From NCBI GenBank assembly GCA_977016875.1, contig CDRNST010000148.1, positions 3,162,001 through 3,226,000 on the forward strand: a DNA stretch of 64,000 bases, given 5' to 3'. Origin of the DNA: Pavona decussata (taxonomy: Eukaryota). The notes below the pieces were generated by a model, which had not been told where the DNA came from, did no database searches, and was given only the letters and a program-made list of their open reading frames with translations. The position numbers and the translations under genes are program-made. How positions within the stretch are numbered: position 1 is the first letter of the stretch; each line of letters opens with the position of its first letter. This document shows positions 1-14,634 of this stretch, piece after piece.

Positions 1-667
1 TGTACGTACCCACGCACGACACACCCCCAGCGATAGTTGTCTATATTGTCTGATCAAAATACCGGAAACGGAAGTCACATAACACAATCCCTGTCACACA
101 ATATAGCTAAAATATCTCAACAATGCAACCTGTAGCCAATGGAGGAAATTAAAAGTTTGGCTGGTGGTGAACACACAGTTTGCACTAAATCTTTATTGTT
201 GTTCTATGTGTTGCACAGCATTCTATGCATAGAATGGGTGGGGGGGGGGGGGGGTAATTAGGTATATCAGTGACAGGAAGGTACGAATGAAGCAAAATTG
301 CTAAACCCACTGCTAGCAGAGACAGAGAAAATGTAACCCAGAAAAGAGATACAAATCTTGGTTGTCATATATCACAAACATACTAAAGCAAGACTGCATG
401 GTGTTGTGTAGGCATCTGTAAAAGGTCAGGGCAACTGTCTGAGAGAAAATATGCATGCCAGGGGAGTCAGAGGATGCTAGTAAATGTTGGACGCTTGGGT
501 AGAGTTCACTCAGGCCATTCAGGAATATGTATGTTTAAATTATAAGTTGTTTGCAACAAGACACAAAATTTGTACGAAATCTGACTGTCTGTTTGTTAGC
601 AATAACCTTGCCTGGATTTTTTTTTGATGGGCTTTGTGTGTGAATGTGTGCCAGCGCATGATCATTG

Positions 668-962
668 TGTTGGGAATTAGATAATTGCCTGACAACACAA
701 TGCTTTTCCCGATAAACTCGCGCTAAAATCACTCACTCACAAAAGAGTTTTAAACAGATATATTTGTCTCACGATGTCCCTAGTTTGATTACAACACACT
801 TCGATTTTCTAGAACAAAAGATAAAGCAAATTGTATAATGTGTTCTTTGATTGGCTAAAGTTACTCACGATGACAGGTTCGAGGCCTATCCCCTTCCAGT
901 CAACTAAACAATTCTACACGCATTAAAAATGTTTTGATTACGTAAACACACGATTTCTGACA
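668..962 (-). repeat. 3' LTR of BEL-1
   Basis: Aligns with 6233-6533; adjoins the C-rich tract 963-972 (PPT on the minus strand). Confidence 0.93.
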
Positions 963-1056
963 CTCCCCCCCCATTTGTCTCGAGAGAGCAAATGTCCACA
1001 AAACTTAAAACTGTTGGAAAATCAGTTGATCATCAAATAATTATTTTATGCATTGT

Positions 1057-4000
1057 TCATTGTTCATTCTCCTTCATATCTTGGATGCAGAATCTAGCTG
1101 CCACTGCAGCATCCCTTCTCAGCCTGTAGCCTGGTGCCTCTGCATTCAGGGTCTTCGGTGGGGACTGGACTGATGTGTCACAGCTTAACTCCAGTTGATA
1201 CAAATGCTGAATTAGGTGCTTTAGATGTGACTTCCCGGACTTAAGCTTAGCCCCACGAATAACGCCATCACGGCCGGTGATTAGGTCTTCCACAACTCCC
1301 ATCTTCCAATGTGCTCGGTTCCTCTCTTTTGATTTGATGATAACGACTTCTCCCTTGGATGGATAGGTCATGTCTCCTTTGTGCTTCAGCCGGTCTCTCT
1401 CTCAGTCCGCGAAGGTATTCTCTTGTCCTGCATGACCAAGGTGTATCCTTGCACTTCTTCAAATACTTAGCTCTGTTCCGCAGGTCATGTTCCTCGATGC
1501 GATGAGGCTCTAACTGTGATAGTATGTTGGGTTGACCATACAGGAAGGAACTCGGGGTCAGGATGAGTAGCTGAATGTCTTCATCCACGTAACCCAGTGG
1601 ACTGTTGTTGAGTGCCACTTCTATGTCCAATAGTACCTCTTGAAGTTCAGCCCAGGACAGTAGGCTATTTCCAATACACTTGTAGAGAGCTCCCTTGACA
1701 AGTCCCACCATTCTCTCGAATTGCCCGCCCCACCACGGTGCAAGACTCAAATTGAACTGCCACTTGATCCCTTGGTAGGCGAGGAAATTCTGAAACTTTG
1801 CATCTTGCATCAGTTGCTTGATCCACTGGGCAGCACCAACGAAGGTTCTTCCATTGTCTGAATACACCTTTTGCGATCTCCTGCGTCGGGCGATGAAGTG
1901 CTTGAAACTCGCAAGGAATTCTTTAGTTTCCAAGTTGGGTAACAAATCCAAGAACGAAGCACCTGCTAGACTACAGGCGTACAGCAACACATATGCCTTT
2001 CCTTCTGTCTTCGCGCTGTCATGGTACTTCAACGGTTCCGCGTAATCAACGCCGACAACTTGAAAGGGCGTTTGACCTTCAGTCTGATCCTTTGGGAGGT
2101 GTCCTCGAGGAGGGGATGAAAATGCTTGTGCTTGAAATCGCCGACAACCATGGCAACTCTTCACTCTTCTTTTGGTCAATCTTCTTAGGCGGGGAACCCA
2201 GTACAGCTCTCGAACCTTTGCCATGGTACTGACAACTCCCCCGTGGAGCGTTCCAAGATGAACTTGTGTTACAAGCTTCTCTGTGAAGCGCTGACTATCG
2301 GGCAAATACACCGGAAAATGCCCTTGGATTCTGCCTTGACATTCCAATACGCCGTCTTGGTTTGGTTGTAGATTCAGTTGCAACCGATCTTCTTGATAAA
2401 GCTTATCTGCTGCGGCTCTCGTCTGGACTCTTTTCACCCTAAATATTCTCGCTTTGTTAGTTTCTTCGGGGTCAGCAGTCCCTTTAGTCTTCCTATCTTC
2501 TTTGAATGAACATTGTAGACGAACCACATTATCCACGCACAGATTGTCATCGTCTTCCAGTAGTTAGACTTCTCAAGAAGGGTGTCTAGCTCATCTGTAG
2601 TTACTATCGCCACAGCAAAGACTTCTGGCATTGCTTTCACTTCTGCCATTGATTCTTCTGATGCCCTGGTCACAATATCTGGAGGCCAGCACGCTTTGTT
2701 CTTTAACCACTTCGGTCCGTTGCACAAAGAGGTATGATTTAGCACTTCTCCACCATGGCTTCCAAGATCAGCAGGATTCTCTAATGTCCCTACGTGCCGC
2801 CAGGTCACTTCTGAATGTGCTTGTATTTTCCCAACTCTGTTGCTCACAAACTGCTGATATGTGCCTGGGGATCTGTCCAGGGCTGAGGCCACGTTTGCCA
2901 AGACATTCATCACCATATGTCCAGACACCAATTCGAGCCAAGGGATCGTCAGTCCCTATTTGGAGAGTCTCGCTCTCGCTGCCACAAGTCCCTGATTGAT
3001 GCCTGACTCTTGAACGACTACAGCATACACGGCCGCGGCCACACCTTTACCACTGGCATCACCAAAGGCGTGCAACTCGATTGATTGAATGTCCTCTTGA
3101 TAGGCTGCTAAGGACCTCAGAACTGTAAGCTGCTCAGGAAGGCGCTCCTCCCATCGGATCCAACTCTGCATCAACTCTCTTGGTAGCTTTGCATCCCAGG
3201 TGAGCTTGGTGTTCACACACGTCACGGGATAGGAGAAGCTAGTCCCAGGGGATCATAGATCCTCGCCACTTTGCTTAAAATTCCCCGCTTGCTAGGATCA
3301 GGCTTCTCTTGTGGAAAGCTCACGCCAACAGTGTCGTTTTCTTTGTCCCATGGCAAACCAAGCAGGGTAGCTCCTTGTCTTCCAGGTACTGCTCTTTGGC
3401 GTACGTTCCTTCCTCCATCAAGACTGGTTGTGACTTTGCTGATTCCAACTCTTTCACATTCGAACGTCATTTATGCAACTCGAAGGTGCCCTAAGCGAAT
3501 ACGTTCTTAGAAGCTGATTTGATTTCTTTTGCCTTTCCACTTGTAGGGCCACCACTGATAAGGTCATCTATGTATAAGCTTCGTTCAATCTTGCTGACAA
3601 TGTCTGGGTAGTCTTGTCTGCAACTCTCCAACAGGTGTTGAATTATGCCTCCCAGGAGGAACGGTGATGATGTAAGACTGAAGAGTGCTCTGGTAAACCT
3701 CAGCGTCTCCACTGTTTGACTGCTTGGGTCCTTCAACCAATGAAATCTTAGCGCATCACGGTCTTGCTCTTTGATTTGGACTTGGAGGAAAGCCTGCTTG
3801 ATGTCTCCTTTCACTGCAACTGGAAGAAATCGAGAACGAACTAGAACACTCCAGAGCTTGTTTTAAAGAGGTGGACCAGGATTTAAACACTCATTTAGCG
3901 AGGGTGCATCAGAGTAGGCCTGTGCTGACGCATCATACACTACACAAAGCTTAGTGGTTTCTGCTGTGTCACGTACCACTGCCTTGTGGGGAATGTAAAA

Positions 4001-6150
4001 TTCGTGCTGCCCAGTTGCAGGTCCGCGAACTCTCTCGACTATTCTGGTCTTGATTTGCTCTTGGATCACTCGATCATAATACTCTATCATTCCTTGGCTG
4101 CGTAGCTTCTTAACGAGGCCGGTTAACCTGCGAAGACTTCCTGCTTCATTGCTTGGTAGAAGTGGGTAGTTCGCCTTCCATGGAAGTCTAGTTTCGTACC
4201 AACCCTCTTCATCTCGTCTGAGTTGTTCTTTGAACTCGGAATACACTTCGTCTTGGTCACCAGTTGCACAATACGCGAGTCTAAGTATATCCAGTCTGCA
4301 CAAGTTGTCGTAATCTACCGTTGATATTTGAGTCAGGAACATTGGAGACAGATCCACTTCCTTGCCTGGTGAAATCATGATCCATCCAAACTTGTTTTTT
4401 TCGGCAATAGGCTCGTTCGCGGCTCCAATAAGAGGTGCTGTCTCAGTCTTGATCTTGATATAGTCACACTCCCAAGATAAGGTGCACTGGAAGAAATTCC
4501 TTTGTGTCCATGTCGTCCATCTTCATTCCCTTTAAGTGGTCGTACCTTCCCAGGACCTGTTGGTAGTGAGGGTATTCCAGGGATAAAAGCTGTTTTTTGT
4601 TTACCAAGGTCACATCCGTTTCAAGGAGGAAATCGCCCCTCAGGGAATTTATCTGGACCTTGAAGATCTCTACAGGCTTAGTAACAACTTCCATCATCAT
4701 TTCGATCTGTCATACTTCTCGTTGATTAGGACGAATCTTTAGGCGATCAAGTAATGCTGCTGAAGGGTACGAACTTCCGGCACCAGTGCTAGCAACGCAC
4801 GACACTTACCTCCCAGCACTTCCACTACGACGACCGGATAAATCACAGTTAGTCTTTCCATTGTAGTCGCTGTCATTGGCTGGTTACTAACGCTGTTGCA
4901 AATGGACATGTGATGTCTTCTCTGGCAAATCTGGCACAAGGAACGGCTCTTGCAATCATCAGCTCTGTGTTTGCTTCTGGTACAATTGAAACAAAGGCGA
5001 TTGTTGCTGAGCACTTTCTTACGATCGTCGACGGTGACAACCGTTTTGCAGTCAACCCATCTGTGATCTTGTTTTCCGCAATAAACGCATCCCCGATTCC
5101 TGCCATCTCTCCTGTTCGATGTGAAAATTCTTGTCACGCCAGGGCTTGTCACTTTGCTTTGATTGGATCGGGTTTCTTTCTGTCTATTTCTGGAGTTCAT
5201 CCACTAACTTTGGCAAATTCCATTCTCGCCAAGAATCGTACAAGATCCCCTCTTATCCCTGGTAGCTTGTCGATAGTCATCCGCACGTATCCATTCACCT
5301 CTCGCAGTTTTCCCATTGTTTACAATGATTGCATGTTGAAAAGAAGCTTCTCGTAGAAATTGTGGATTCTGGCTGGCTGTGTTCCACCAATTGTGGGCAA
5401 AGACATGATGTTTTCCATGTACGTGTTCACAACCTCGCCTATTTGACCATACTTTCTCGTCAGGATGTTCTTTACACACTTGTATCCCTTTGATGAAAAA
5501 GGCAAGCCGTTGATTATTGTTTGTATCTTGGGGTCTACGAGTTCCTTTAAGTAGGAGTACTCCGTCACACCAGCTATTTCTGCCTTGTCGATCTCGGTTT
5601 CAAACTGACTCCAGAACCAGGGCCAATCCGTTAAATCGCCTCTAAACTTTGTAATTACAAGGCTAGGAAGCTTGGTGGTCTTCACGGCTTGAGTCGAGGT
5701 CGGTTCCGTGGTCTTCGCTTGTTTTGTCTCCTCGATTTTCTTCTTATATGTTAACCTCATCCCCAGTTGCGTACATTCAAACTCAAGCTGTTTTTGTCGA
5801 TCTCGCTCTGCCAGCTCCTCTTCATTTTCCTTCGTTTGCATCCTTGTCTTGTAATTCATTTGAACGAGTCTATGCGATAAATGCGTGATCTCCTCGTCAG
5901 CAGTTTCTTGTTGTGCTTCAACTCCGGGGCTCCATTCTGTTAGCTCATCAACCTGAATGCCACTCTCCAGTTTCGCTTGTTCGATTTTCGTTTTTACACT
6001 TTCGGCCTTCTTTACGATTGCGCCCAAAACATGTCGATGCCGTTCTGTTTCTTCCCTGTTCCCTTTCTCGAGGATTGCATTGGTTTTCCCTTGAGTAAAC
6101 GTTAGTAGTTTTAGTTGCACGTCCAACTCCGAGGTCAACGTCTCCATCAT
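1057..6150 (-). pseudogene. BEL/Pao gag-pol polyprotein, multiply frameshifted
   Basis: ORF fragments: gag (KLPSLVITKF..W..FW), zinc knuckles (CVYCGKQDH, CFNC..HRADDC, CQICQRRH), RT (YIPHKAVVR, DIKQAFLQ, LYIDD), Pao RNaseH (ELHAFGDAS, NPADLGS), integrase (VGVDYA, YSDNG, APWWGGQFERM), C-terminal LYQLELSCD. Confidence 0.92.
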
Positions 6151-6209
6151 TTTGTTGTTTGAGCTTCTTGGCTGATTCTCTTGTTTTGTTTCGTTGTTTC
6201 CCCCTCACA

Positions 6210-6227
6210 GTCCCGTCGGAGGTGCCA
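6210..6227 (-). other. tRNA primer-binding site TGGCACCTCCGACGGGAC (BEL-1)
   Basis: 18-nt site beginning TGG, 5 nt inside the 5' LTR; identical copies at 20839-20856 and 25801-25818. Confidence 0.88.
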
Positions 6228-6232
6228 CTTTG

Positions 6233-6533
6233 TGTTGAGAATTAGATAATTGCCTGACAACACAATGTTTTTCCCGATAAACTCGCGCTAAAATCACTCA
6301 CTCACGATAGAATTTTAAACAGATATATTTGTCTCTCACGATGTCCCTAGTTCGATTACAACACACTTCGATTTTCTAGAACAAAAAATAAAGCAAATTG
6401 TACAGTGTGTTCTTTGATTGGCTAAAGTAACTAACGATGACAGGTTCGAGCCCTATCCCTTTCCAGTCAACTAAACAATTAATTCTACACGCATTAAAAA
6501 TGTTTTAATTACATAAACACATGATTTCCGACA
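6233..6533 (-). repeat. 5' LTR of BEL-1
   Basis: Direct repeat of 668-962, adjacent to the PBS. Confidence 0.93.
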
Positions 6534-8561
6534 ATTGCTTACTTGGTTAACAATTAAATATTACCTGTTCAGACTTTGATCCTTTGACCTGAACTGTGGC
6601 AAAACTGTGAAGTGGGCTTCACACGCTTGAATGCCCTCTTCCTAATTCAGGGTGAATTACTGATGCAGCCTCCTCCGTTCTTTTCCCGCACTCAATCCTG
6701 AAGGCCAACCAGTGAAATTCACATGCAAGTGGGCACTTTGTCTTGTATGGTGTTCCTTCACACTTTAACTCCTCGTCTTCATCACATGACCCACAAAAGC
6801 AAAGGAGCTGGTCATGGAAGTCACATGACCCATCTTCCCACTGGTCGATGTCTCTGCAGTGGTACTGTGACAGTTCCCTCATACGTTTGGCATATTGATC
6901 GGAATCTTTGCACTGTTGTAGGACACAGAAATGGTTGATGCTGGCTCCTTTGATAAAGGCATCTGACAAGCATCCACAACCAGACTTATGCCGACAAACA
7001 CATTTACATTTTGCTGATTCTATTAATGGAAACTTCTTCTTGTTCCTCTGCTTCAGATCCTCCGAATACTCTCTTTCTTCTTGGCTGCATCCTTCAAACT
7101 GTTTGTGAATGCTCTTCCAAGGTGACCTCCACAATTAAAAACTCGGGCAGTCGGATGGTTTGCAGTCACTGATTTGGCAGAGCTTAAATCACCGTCTTGC
7201 CATACTGTGTTGATGATAGAGCCCTCCTGTTTGCCTTGCTTTTAGTGTTCCTCTGCCAAAATACCCTCCATTGACTTTGCAGTTCCTTCATATAAGTCAT
7301 CTTCAGTGACATCATCACCTCCCTGTATAAATTATGTGGCCATACCAGAGGAGACCACCAGTAAGATAGCAAGAGAGCCATTTTTACTGAAGTGACCCCT
7401 GTTATGCCACACACTGTCTGACCTCACTACAGCTTTCTGCCAGCTCCCTAGCATTTCAGGTGCCTTTGCTTTCATTCGCTTTTTCTCTTGCTGACAAATT
7501 GACAACCAGTATGTCAGTTATGGTTGGATAGATCAGCTTTATAACCTCGTAATACCAGTTCTTGGAAAGGCAGCTTATTCCAAAGTATTGCCTCAGGGTC
7601 TTATTAAACCTGGCAAATCCATGCCCCGATAAGAAGAATGCCACAGCAAGGGCAAGGCCAACAACTATTCTTCTTGAGCCTTCAACTAAGGCTGAGCCCT
7701 AAAAATTGACTGTCCGTAGACTGCAGCTGTCACAGGCAAAGGTTGCATTCAGACTCCCACCCTGGCCTTTCAGTTCCACTTAAGTAAGTACAAGGATTCC
7801 TAGAGTAAGAAATACTTAAAAATAAGAGTGCCACAATATCCTACCAGTAAATTAAAAGGAAACAGAACATTGTTTGTTTGGGGACATGACTGATGGGATT
7901 CTGGTCGTTTTGCCTACCAGTCGCCAGGTCGGTCGTTTGGCCAATTAGTGAAAATTGCACAATTTCAAATCATACTCAATCGATCATTGGATTGAGTACA
8001 ATAAGTATTATTCACCATTACACACCTTCAAAAAACATGTAGGTTACAAAGGTAGGCGAAATGACCACAATTTGTAAGATGTATGTCGGGATAAACAACT
8101 TATACTAAAATACGGCATGTGTTGAGAACTTAGCCCCATCCACTAATGTTTCTTCCCGAACTTACCACTAAAACAATCAGTAGAGTCGATTGTACTACTC
8201 CTTTTTAATCTCTTTTAGTTTTAGTATTCACTTTTACAACAGGCGTGTAAGAGCCACTCTGAACACACAAAAGAACGCTTGGTGTTACACTGGTACGTTG
8301 AAAAATCTGATCAGTTTTTGCTAGGTGATAATCAAAATAGGTCAATCAATGTCTGTCACTAAAATGTTCATTGTCTCTTGATGTCTAGACTTTATTACAA
8401 ACAACTGTCCCACACGGACACAAAGTCATTAAGTCTCCGACACACTCCCCCATGCAGCATTGTATGCAAGGGTGAATTTACTTAGGAGACTTAACTATTA
8501 GACAATTCCAAAACGAATGAAAAGTCATGAAAAAGTTCGCTAGTTATCACTTGTTTCAAGT

Positions 8562-11500
8562 TCATGATTGTTCAGTTTCTTCATCATCCGCAATCTCCTT
8601 GATTCTCGCAGCCACTGCGGCTCTTCTTGGTCTGAAAATGTGTTCATCAGGGTTCAACTGCTGTTCTGCTCCTGCTGGCACTGTGGGCTCACACTGCAAC
8701 TCTAGGTGGTAGAGGTGCTGAACAGGACGCTCTATGACTCCTTTACTGGTTCTCAGCTGCACTGCACGGATGTGGCCATCATGTCCTGGATAGGTCTGCT
8801 GGACAACAGCATTCCTCGATTCTTGATGTCAGATCGCACTTACACTGTGTCGCCAACTTTGACTTGGTAGTTAGCTGTCTTGTGGACAAGGTTATGGTGC
8901 TTTCTCAAGGCTCTCAGATATTCACACTGCCATCGGTTCCACATGTAATTTTTGCAAGTGTGCAAGAATTTTGGCACGTTTCCAAAAATTCGTGTCTTCA
9001 ATTCTTCAGGTCTGTTCCTCATGAAGCTGGTTGGTTCGCTGGAACATAAAGCTGGTTGGTGTCAGGATCGGTAACACTACATCTTCTTGAATGTAACCAT
9101 GTGGGCGAGGGTTGACTTAGTCTCTACATCAAGGAGAAGTTCAGTTCATTCCAGGACAGGGTAGCTCCCCCTATCACCTTGTACATTTTTGTCTTGACGA
9201 TACCGATCAAGCATTCAAATTGGGCGCCCCACCAAGGGGCGCAGCTGAGATTGAATTTCCACTGTATGTCATGGGACTCAAGGAAGCCTTGTAACTGCTC
9301 GTCACTTTGTGCTTGCTTCAACCACTTGGCTGCCTTGACAAATGTGCTGCCATTATCAGAATAAATGACAGTTTGGCATCCTCGTCTGGCTATGAGCCAT
9401 TTGAGACAGGGCAGGAATGACTAGTTTCCAGGTGGGGAACCAACTCTAGGTGTACTGCTCTTGATAGACTGTACGAGAATATCACCAAGTATGCTTTCCC
9501 TTCTTGTTTCTGGCTCAGTTTGTAGTGGATTGGTCCTGCGAATTCGGTTCTGATGACCTCAAATGCTGCTCCACCATGAGTTCAGTCTGTGGGTAATGGT
9601 CCAGGGTGTGGTACTGTTAAAGGTAACGCTCTGAAGCATTTACAACCCCAACACACAGATCGCACAGACTTCACTGTCTCAGAGTTGGCACCCAGTATTC
9701 TTCATGGATCGCTGCCATGGTGAGAGAGGCACCCCCATGTAAGGTTTCGGTGTGAACCCGCTGTACAAGTTTCCTGGTGAATAGTCTGTTAGCTGGCAAA
9801 TAGACTGGGTACTGTCCTTGGATTCTGCCATGACATTCTAGCACTCTGTTGGCACTGTCTAGCACATTGTTGAAACGAGGTTGAGCCCACGCCTGGTCTT
9901 TTGAAAGTGAGGCTTATTTGTGTCTTGGGACTGGACTCTTCTGATCCACCAATTCCTCGTCTCTTGTAAGTCTTCATTTGTTAGAGGTTCTTTGCGTGCA
10001 CTGTGACTTGTGAAACGTCGCACCCAAGCTTGGATGCACAGAGTTCGATGGAGGTCATGGCACTTGAATAGTTCGACGAACACATTTCGTTCTTGTTTAG
10101 GCTTTTCATTAGCTAGGCTAAGCACTTTTCTGATTACTTTCGCCTCTTCTGATGCTTGAATTTTCATTGTGACTGGATTCTCTGGCCACATTTCAGGATC
10201 ACATAGCCACGTTGGTCCATTCCACCAGAGCTCTGCATTGGTAACCTGGCCTTCTCAGCTCGCCAGGTCTGCTGCGTTGTCAGTAGTGGGCACATGCCTC
10301 CACTGGATCTGTCGGTGTCTTATCTTCTGCATGCGGTTGGTGACAAACTGTTGGTACTGGCCATTTCCTACAATCAAGTGGAGGACGACGGTGCTGTCCA
10401 ACCAACCGTAGACCGTGGACTCAGGTAGGTCTCTCAGTGCGTTTCTCATGTTGACAACTAAATTGGTAGCCATATGTGCGCTGACCAACTCCAACCTTGG
10501 GATGGTAAGGTCCCTCTTGGCTACTCTTGATTTCGCTGCAACAAGGGTTTGTGTGATTCCGTCTTCTTGACGTACGATTGAGTACACTGCTGCTCCGACC
10601 CCATAGGTTGACGCATCTTCAAAGACATGCAACTCAACTGAATTAACCGGTTGCTGGTACAGTGCTAAGGCTCTTCCTGTGATTACTTCCGCCGGAAGTG
10701 ACTGCTCCCACTTCTGCCAGCGTGTGCGGAGATTCTCTGGGATAGCTGTGTCCCATGATGCTTTGTAGTCTCACGCTTCACGATATATTTGTTTCCCTTG
10801 CAGCATAGTAGGGGACGCTAGACTGAGGGGGTCGTAGATTTTCGCCAGTTTGGATAGGATTTCACGTTTTGTCTGTGCACTTGGGAACTGCACAGCGATA
10901 GTGTCTTCAGATTTGTTCCACTTCACTTGGCTTGTTAAGTAATTGCTGTTTGGCACAGGACTGATCTTCACTTGTTTCAGGTTAGGAGCTTTCGTCTCCT
11001 TGTGTAGGTTGAGGATTGCCTTCTAGCTGAGGATAGTTTGAGTGCCACTTATGAAGCTCAAATGTAGCACTCATGATCTCGCGCTAGTTTCTTGCGTGTT
11101 TGCGCTTGTTTGACATCTTGACCGCCTGTCAACAGGTCAGCGACATAGAAACCTTGGCATAGTCACTCTGCCTCCTCCTGGTATTTCTCAGCCCAGGTGT
11201 CAAAATGATATTCAAGAACCCTGCCTAGTAGAAAGGGTGAGGGGGCGAGCCCTGAAGAGTACTCTCTTGAATCGATATGTCTGCATAACGGAGTTGAGAT
11301 CAGCTTGCCAATGAAAACGGAGTGCATCTCGTTCAATTTCGTGAATCTGGATTTGTAAGAAAGCTTTCTTAATGGTCCCCGCTAAGACTACTGGGTAGGC
11401 TCTCTTCTGGATGAGTACGTCCCATAGTTTGTTTTGTAGTGCAGGTCCTGGGTATGGGCAATCGTTCAGGGATGGTGCATCGGGTGTCACTCAAGCTGAG

Positions 11501-14500
11501 GGGTCAGACAATTTGTATCTTTGTAGTTTCGGCTGACTTGCGTATCTCGCCATTGTGAGGAATGTAACATTCTTTCAGTGGTTGTGCAGGTGAGATAGGA
11601 GGTGCCTTTTTGATGACGCCTTCTGTCAGCTGCTCTTGAATTATCCCAGCGTATCATTCCATTAATCCATTGCGCTGACATTTTCTGCTAAGATTTTTGA
11701 GTCGTTTTAAAGGGACATAGTCAGCTGGTGCACATGTGCATTAGATACCATTTTTTAAGCTGATTTGCATATCACACTTCATCACAAGTCTTGCGCTGAG
11801 AAGTGAATCCTTTGAAAAATCTAACAAACCTGGTCGAGTCAAAGTATTTGCCAGTCAAAATAGTGATTATAGACCTAGTGTCATATTAGAACACTCATTT
11901 TCTTGATACCGTGGAGAATTTACTGATGGAATTGTCCAGGGAAAGCCAAACATCAACGAATACCTCTGAAGTTGAAGAATCATTTAATCGTTCATTTCTG
12001 TTTTCAATCAAATATTTTGCTTTTAAAATTTCTTTTCTATACAACTTATCCACTATCTAAATTTAGGAACCAAACCCATGTCATTGCAAGAGCGCTTGCT
12101 CAACCCGTAGAAACAAGGTTCTACTAGAGGTTGTCCTTGTTGAGGAGATAATCGACTGTGTAGCTTGTCTTCATCTGAGCTCCAAACCAAGCAGCCATGA
12201 CACAAAGTTCAAATCATTTACGAAGATTCCCTCCCCACGAACCGTTCGCCAGGTTGAGAAAATGCAATTTTCCAAATATATATAATGGTGATTTGCTCTC
12301 CAATTATTTTAGTCAATGCAGGTGATTTCTTCCACCCAGCACCTTCACGTTTCCCACCTCTTCTTGTCATGTTCCTTTGGAGATGTGATCCATACTGTTT
12401 TTAACCAAATATGATAAAATAATATCATAGGATGAGCAAAAGGATACTCAGAAATAGGTTTTCAGTAAAAGATTGAAAATCCAATAAAACACTGGGAAGA
12501 TTAAAGCCGATTTCTAGATGTATTCGACATGTACCTTTGATTTCAGGTTGAGGTAGATGCTTTTAAAACTGACAAAACTAATGTCCAGGTCAGCGCAGTC
12601 ACAAAGCTGACTGTGTCCCTTTAAGCTACCTTCCTTGTTTGAGGGCAGCTCTGTGTGGTTTGCTTTCCACAGGAGGGTGGTCTCGTACTAGCCCTCTGGC
12701 AAGCACGTCAAACACCATTGACTGGTCATGATCTGGCATGTCACGCAATCCCAAAACGTCCAGCCTGCACAGTTCTTCATAGTTCCTTTGACTTTGTCTG
12801 GGTGAGCAGCATGATGTTCTTTTCAAACTCTGTTCCCGGGGGCATTAGGAACCATCCGAACTTAGTGAGTTCCGCGATTGGGTCATTTTCCTGCCTGATT
12901 CTCGGCTTTGTTTCAGTTTTGATTCTAGCGTAATCCCTGCTGCCAAGCACCACATGAACTGGTAGAGACGCTTTTGTGTCATTATCGTGTGCATTAACAC
13001 CTTTCAAATGCAAGTACTTGTCATCAGCACACGGTAATTGGGGTTGCCAATGGACAACAGTTCTGTCTTGTCTAGTTTGGTCACTTTGACTTACAGCGAA
13101 AACTGATGGTTGACAGCTTGTAACAGGAGATCGTAGACTTCGAGTCTGGCAACTTTTGAGGTCATTAGCATATTATATTATATTATGAGCGTTTTCATCT
13201 GGACTTCAGTGGGCTTCAGGCGAAGTAATTCAATCAGTTTCACTGATACTTACGAGCTCCCAGCTCCAGAATCGATAAGTGCTCAGCACTTGATACCATT
13301 GACTTCAAACACAATTACAGGGAACAGACCTTTGCAGGTTTGGTTTGTTGTCAAGGCGACTCCTCTTGCAGGCATTGGTTGATTAGACCCCTGGGTGGGT
13401 GTTTCACAAATGGACGTGTGGTGACGCTTGTGGCATTGTTGACAGCCGGATCTGCTGGGACAATAGGTGGCGCAATGGTTACCTAGGGTACAATAAAAAC
13501 ACAGACCCTTGTTTATGAGAATTTGTCTTTGATCAGTGACACTTGCTATTTTACTACACTCAACGGCTCTGTCATCTTTACCGCAGTAAATGCAAGGCCA
13601 ACAGCGGGGCTTTGAGTTGGCATCGCATTGAGCATGAAAAATTCTTAACAAGCGTATCGGAGGAGGGTATGTTCCTTTTCACTTGTTGTTCTTGTTCACG
13701 TTGGCTTGTGTCCACTGAATTTCTTCTTATCCACAGACAAATAGCTTCGGACAGTTGTGCGACGTCCCATTCCTCCCAGTTTGGATTGGTTCGGGCCAGA
13801 TACCCCCAGATTGCTGGCAACTTGTCTAGCATCATGGATACCGCCCCATTCACTTGCTTGAGTTTCGTCATTGTCTGCAACGCTTGTACACAATAGATTA
13901 GCTTCTCACCAAATTTGCAGATTTTCTTTAGACTCACATACAGTACTGGAGGCAGATCCAAGATTTCTTTTGTGTAGGCCTTGACTATCTCGGACTCCTT
14001 TCCGTATTTCTCCAGCAGGATACTCTTCACCCTATTGTATCCTTCGGACGTGAAGGGCGGTGCTGCGATTGTGCACTTCGCCTTAGTGTCCAAGAGTTTT
14101 TTTAAATACGAAAAACTTGGTAATCGCTGCTACACTTGTTTTGTCAATCGTTTCCAAGAACTGTCCCCAGAATCTCGGCCAGTCCATGAAGCTTCCATCA
14201 AATTTTGTAATCACCAGTTTCAGTAATGTCGCTTGTACATCCACACTGTGCATCTTGGCTTGTTGGGGGTGTGGCGCAGTTTGGATCTCTGCCTGCATCT
14301 CTAGCTTCGTTTTATGAAACTTCAGTTGCTCTTCTAAGGCAATCGCTTGCGCTTCTCTTTTTCGGTCTTGGATCCATGTACGCGCTTTCTCTACTTCGCA
14401 GTCCGCTTTTCCCAGTTTTGCGTCAATCTCAGTGTTCGAAGCCTCGATGTCAGTAATCTCTTCTTTGTTTCCGATTTTTGTCACTTCCACTTGCAGATGC

Positions 14501-14634
14501 ATTTGATTTATTTCAGAAGTGAGGGACCGTAAAGTCGAAAGATGTCTCTCAATGGCTTCTGGTTTTCTTGCTTCCAGAACAGTGTTTTTTAGCTGGGTGA
14601 ACTGGATGTTCAAACTTGCTTCGGTCGCCTCCAT
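8562..14634 (-). pseudogene. BEL/Pao gag-pol polyprotein remnants
   Basis: KLVITKFDGSFMDWPRFW, CIYC/CFYC/CQQC knuckles, PSLNDC, IKKAFLQ, HVFEDAS, LTIPRLEL, APWWGAQFE, LYHLELQC. Confidence 0.88.
11711..12620. mobile_element. Non-autonomous Kolobok-type TIR element inserted in BEL-2 pol
   Basis: TIRs AGGGACATAGTCAGCT (11711-11726) / AGCTGACTGTGTCCCT (12605-12620), TTAA on both sides. Removing it restores the BEL reading GSLKRL. Confidence 0.88.

Larger units (their letters stand above)
668..6533 (-). mobile_element. BEL/Pao LTR retrotransposon (BEL-1), full length but decayed
   Basis: Direct-repeat LTRs 668-962 and 6233-6533 (TG...CA ends; ~17 substitutions and 2 small indels by eye). PBS 6210-6227, polypurine tract 963-972, ATTG on both flanks (664-667, 6534-6537). 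Gag-PR-RT-RNaseH-IN order in fragmented ORFs. Confidence 0.95.

Noticed and set aside
1-660. Third exon or left TIR of the host Kolobok-like element
   Set aside because: A minus-strand acceptor near 440 exists, but no translation clearly continues the transposase and no match to the 21157-21165 terminus was found
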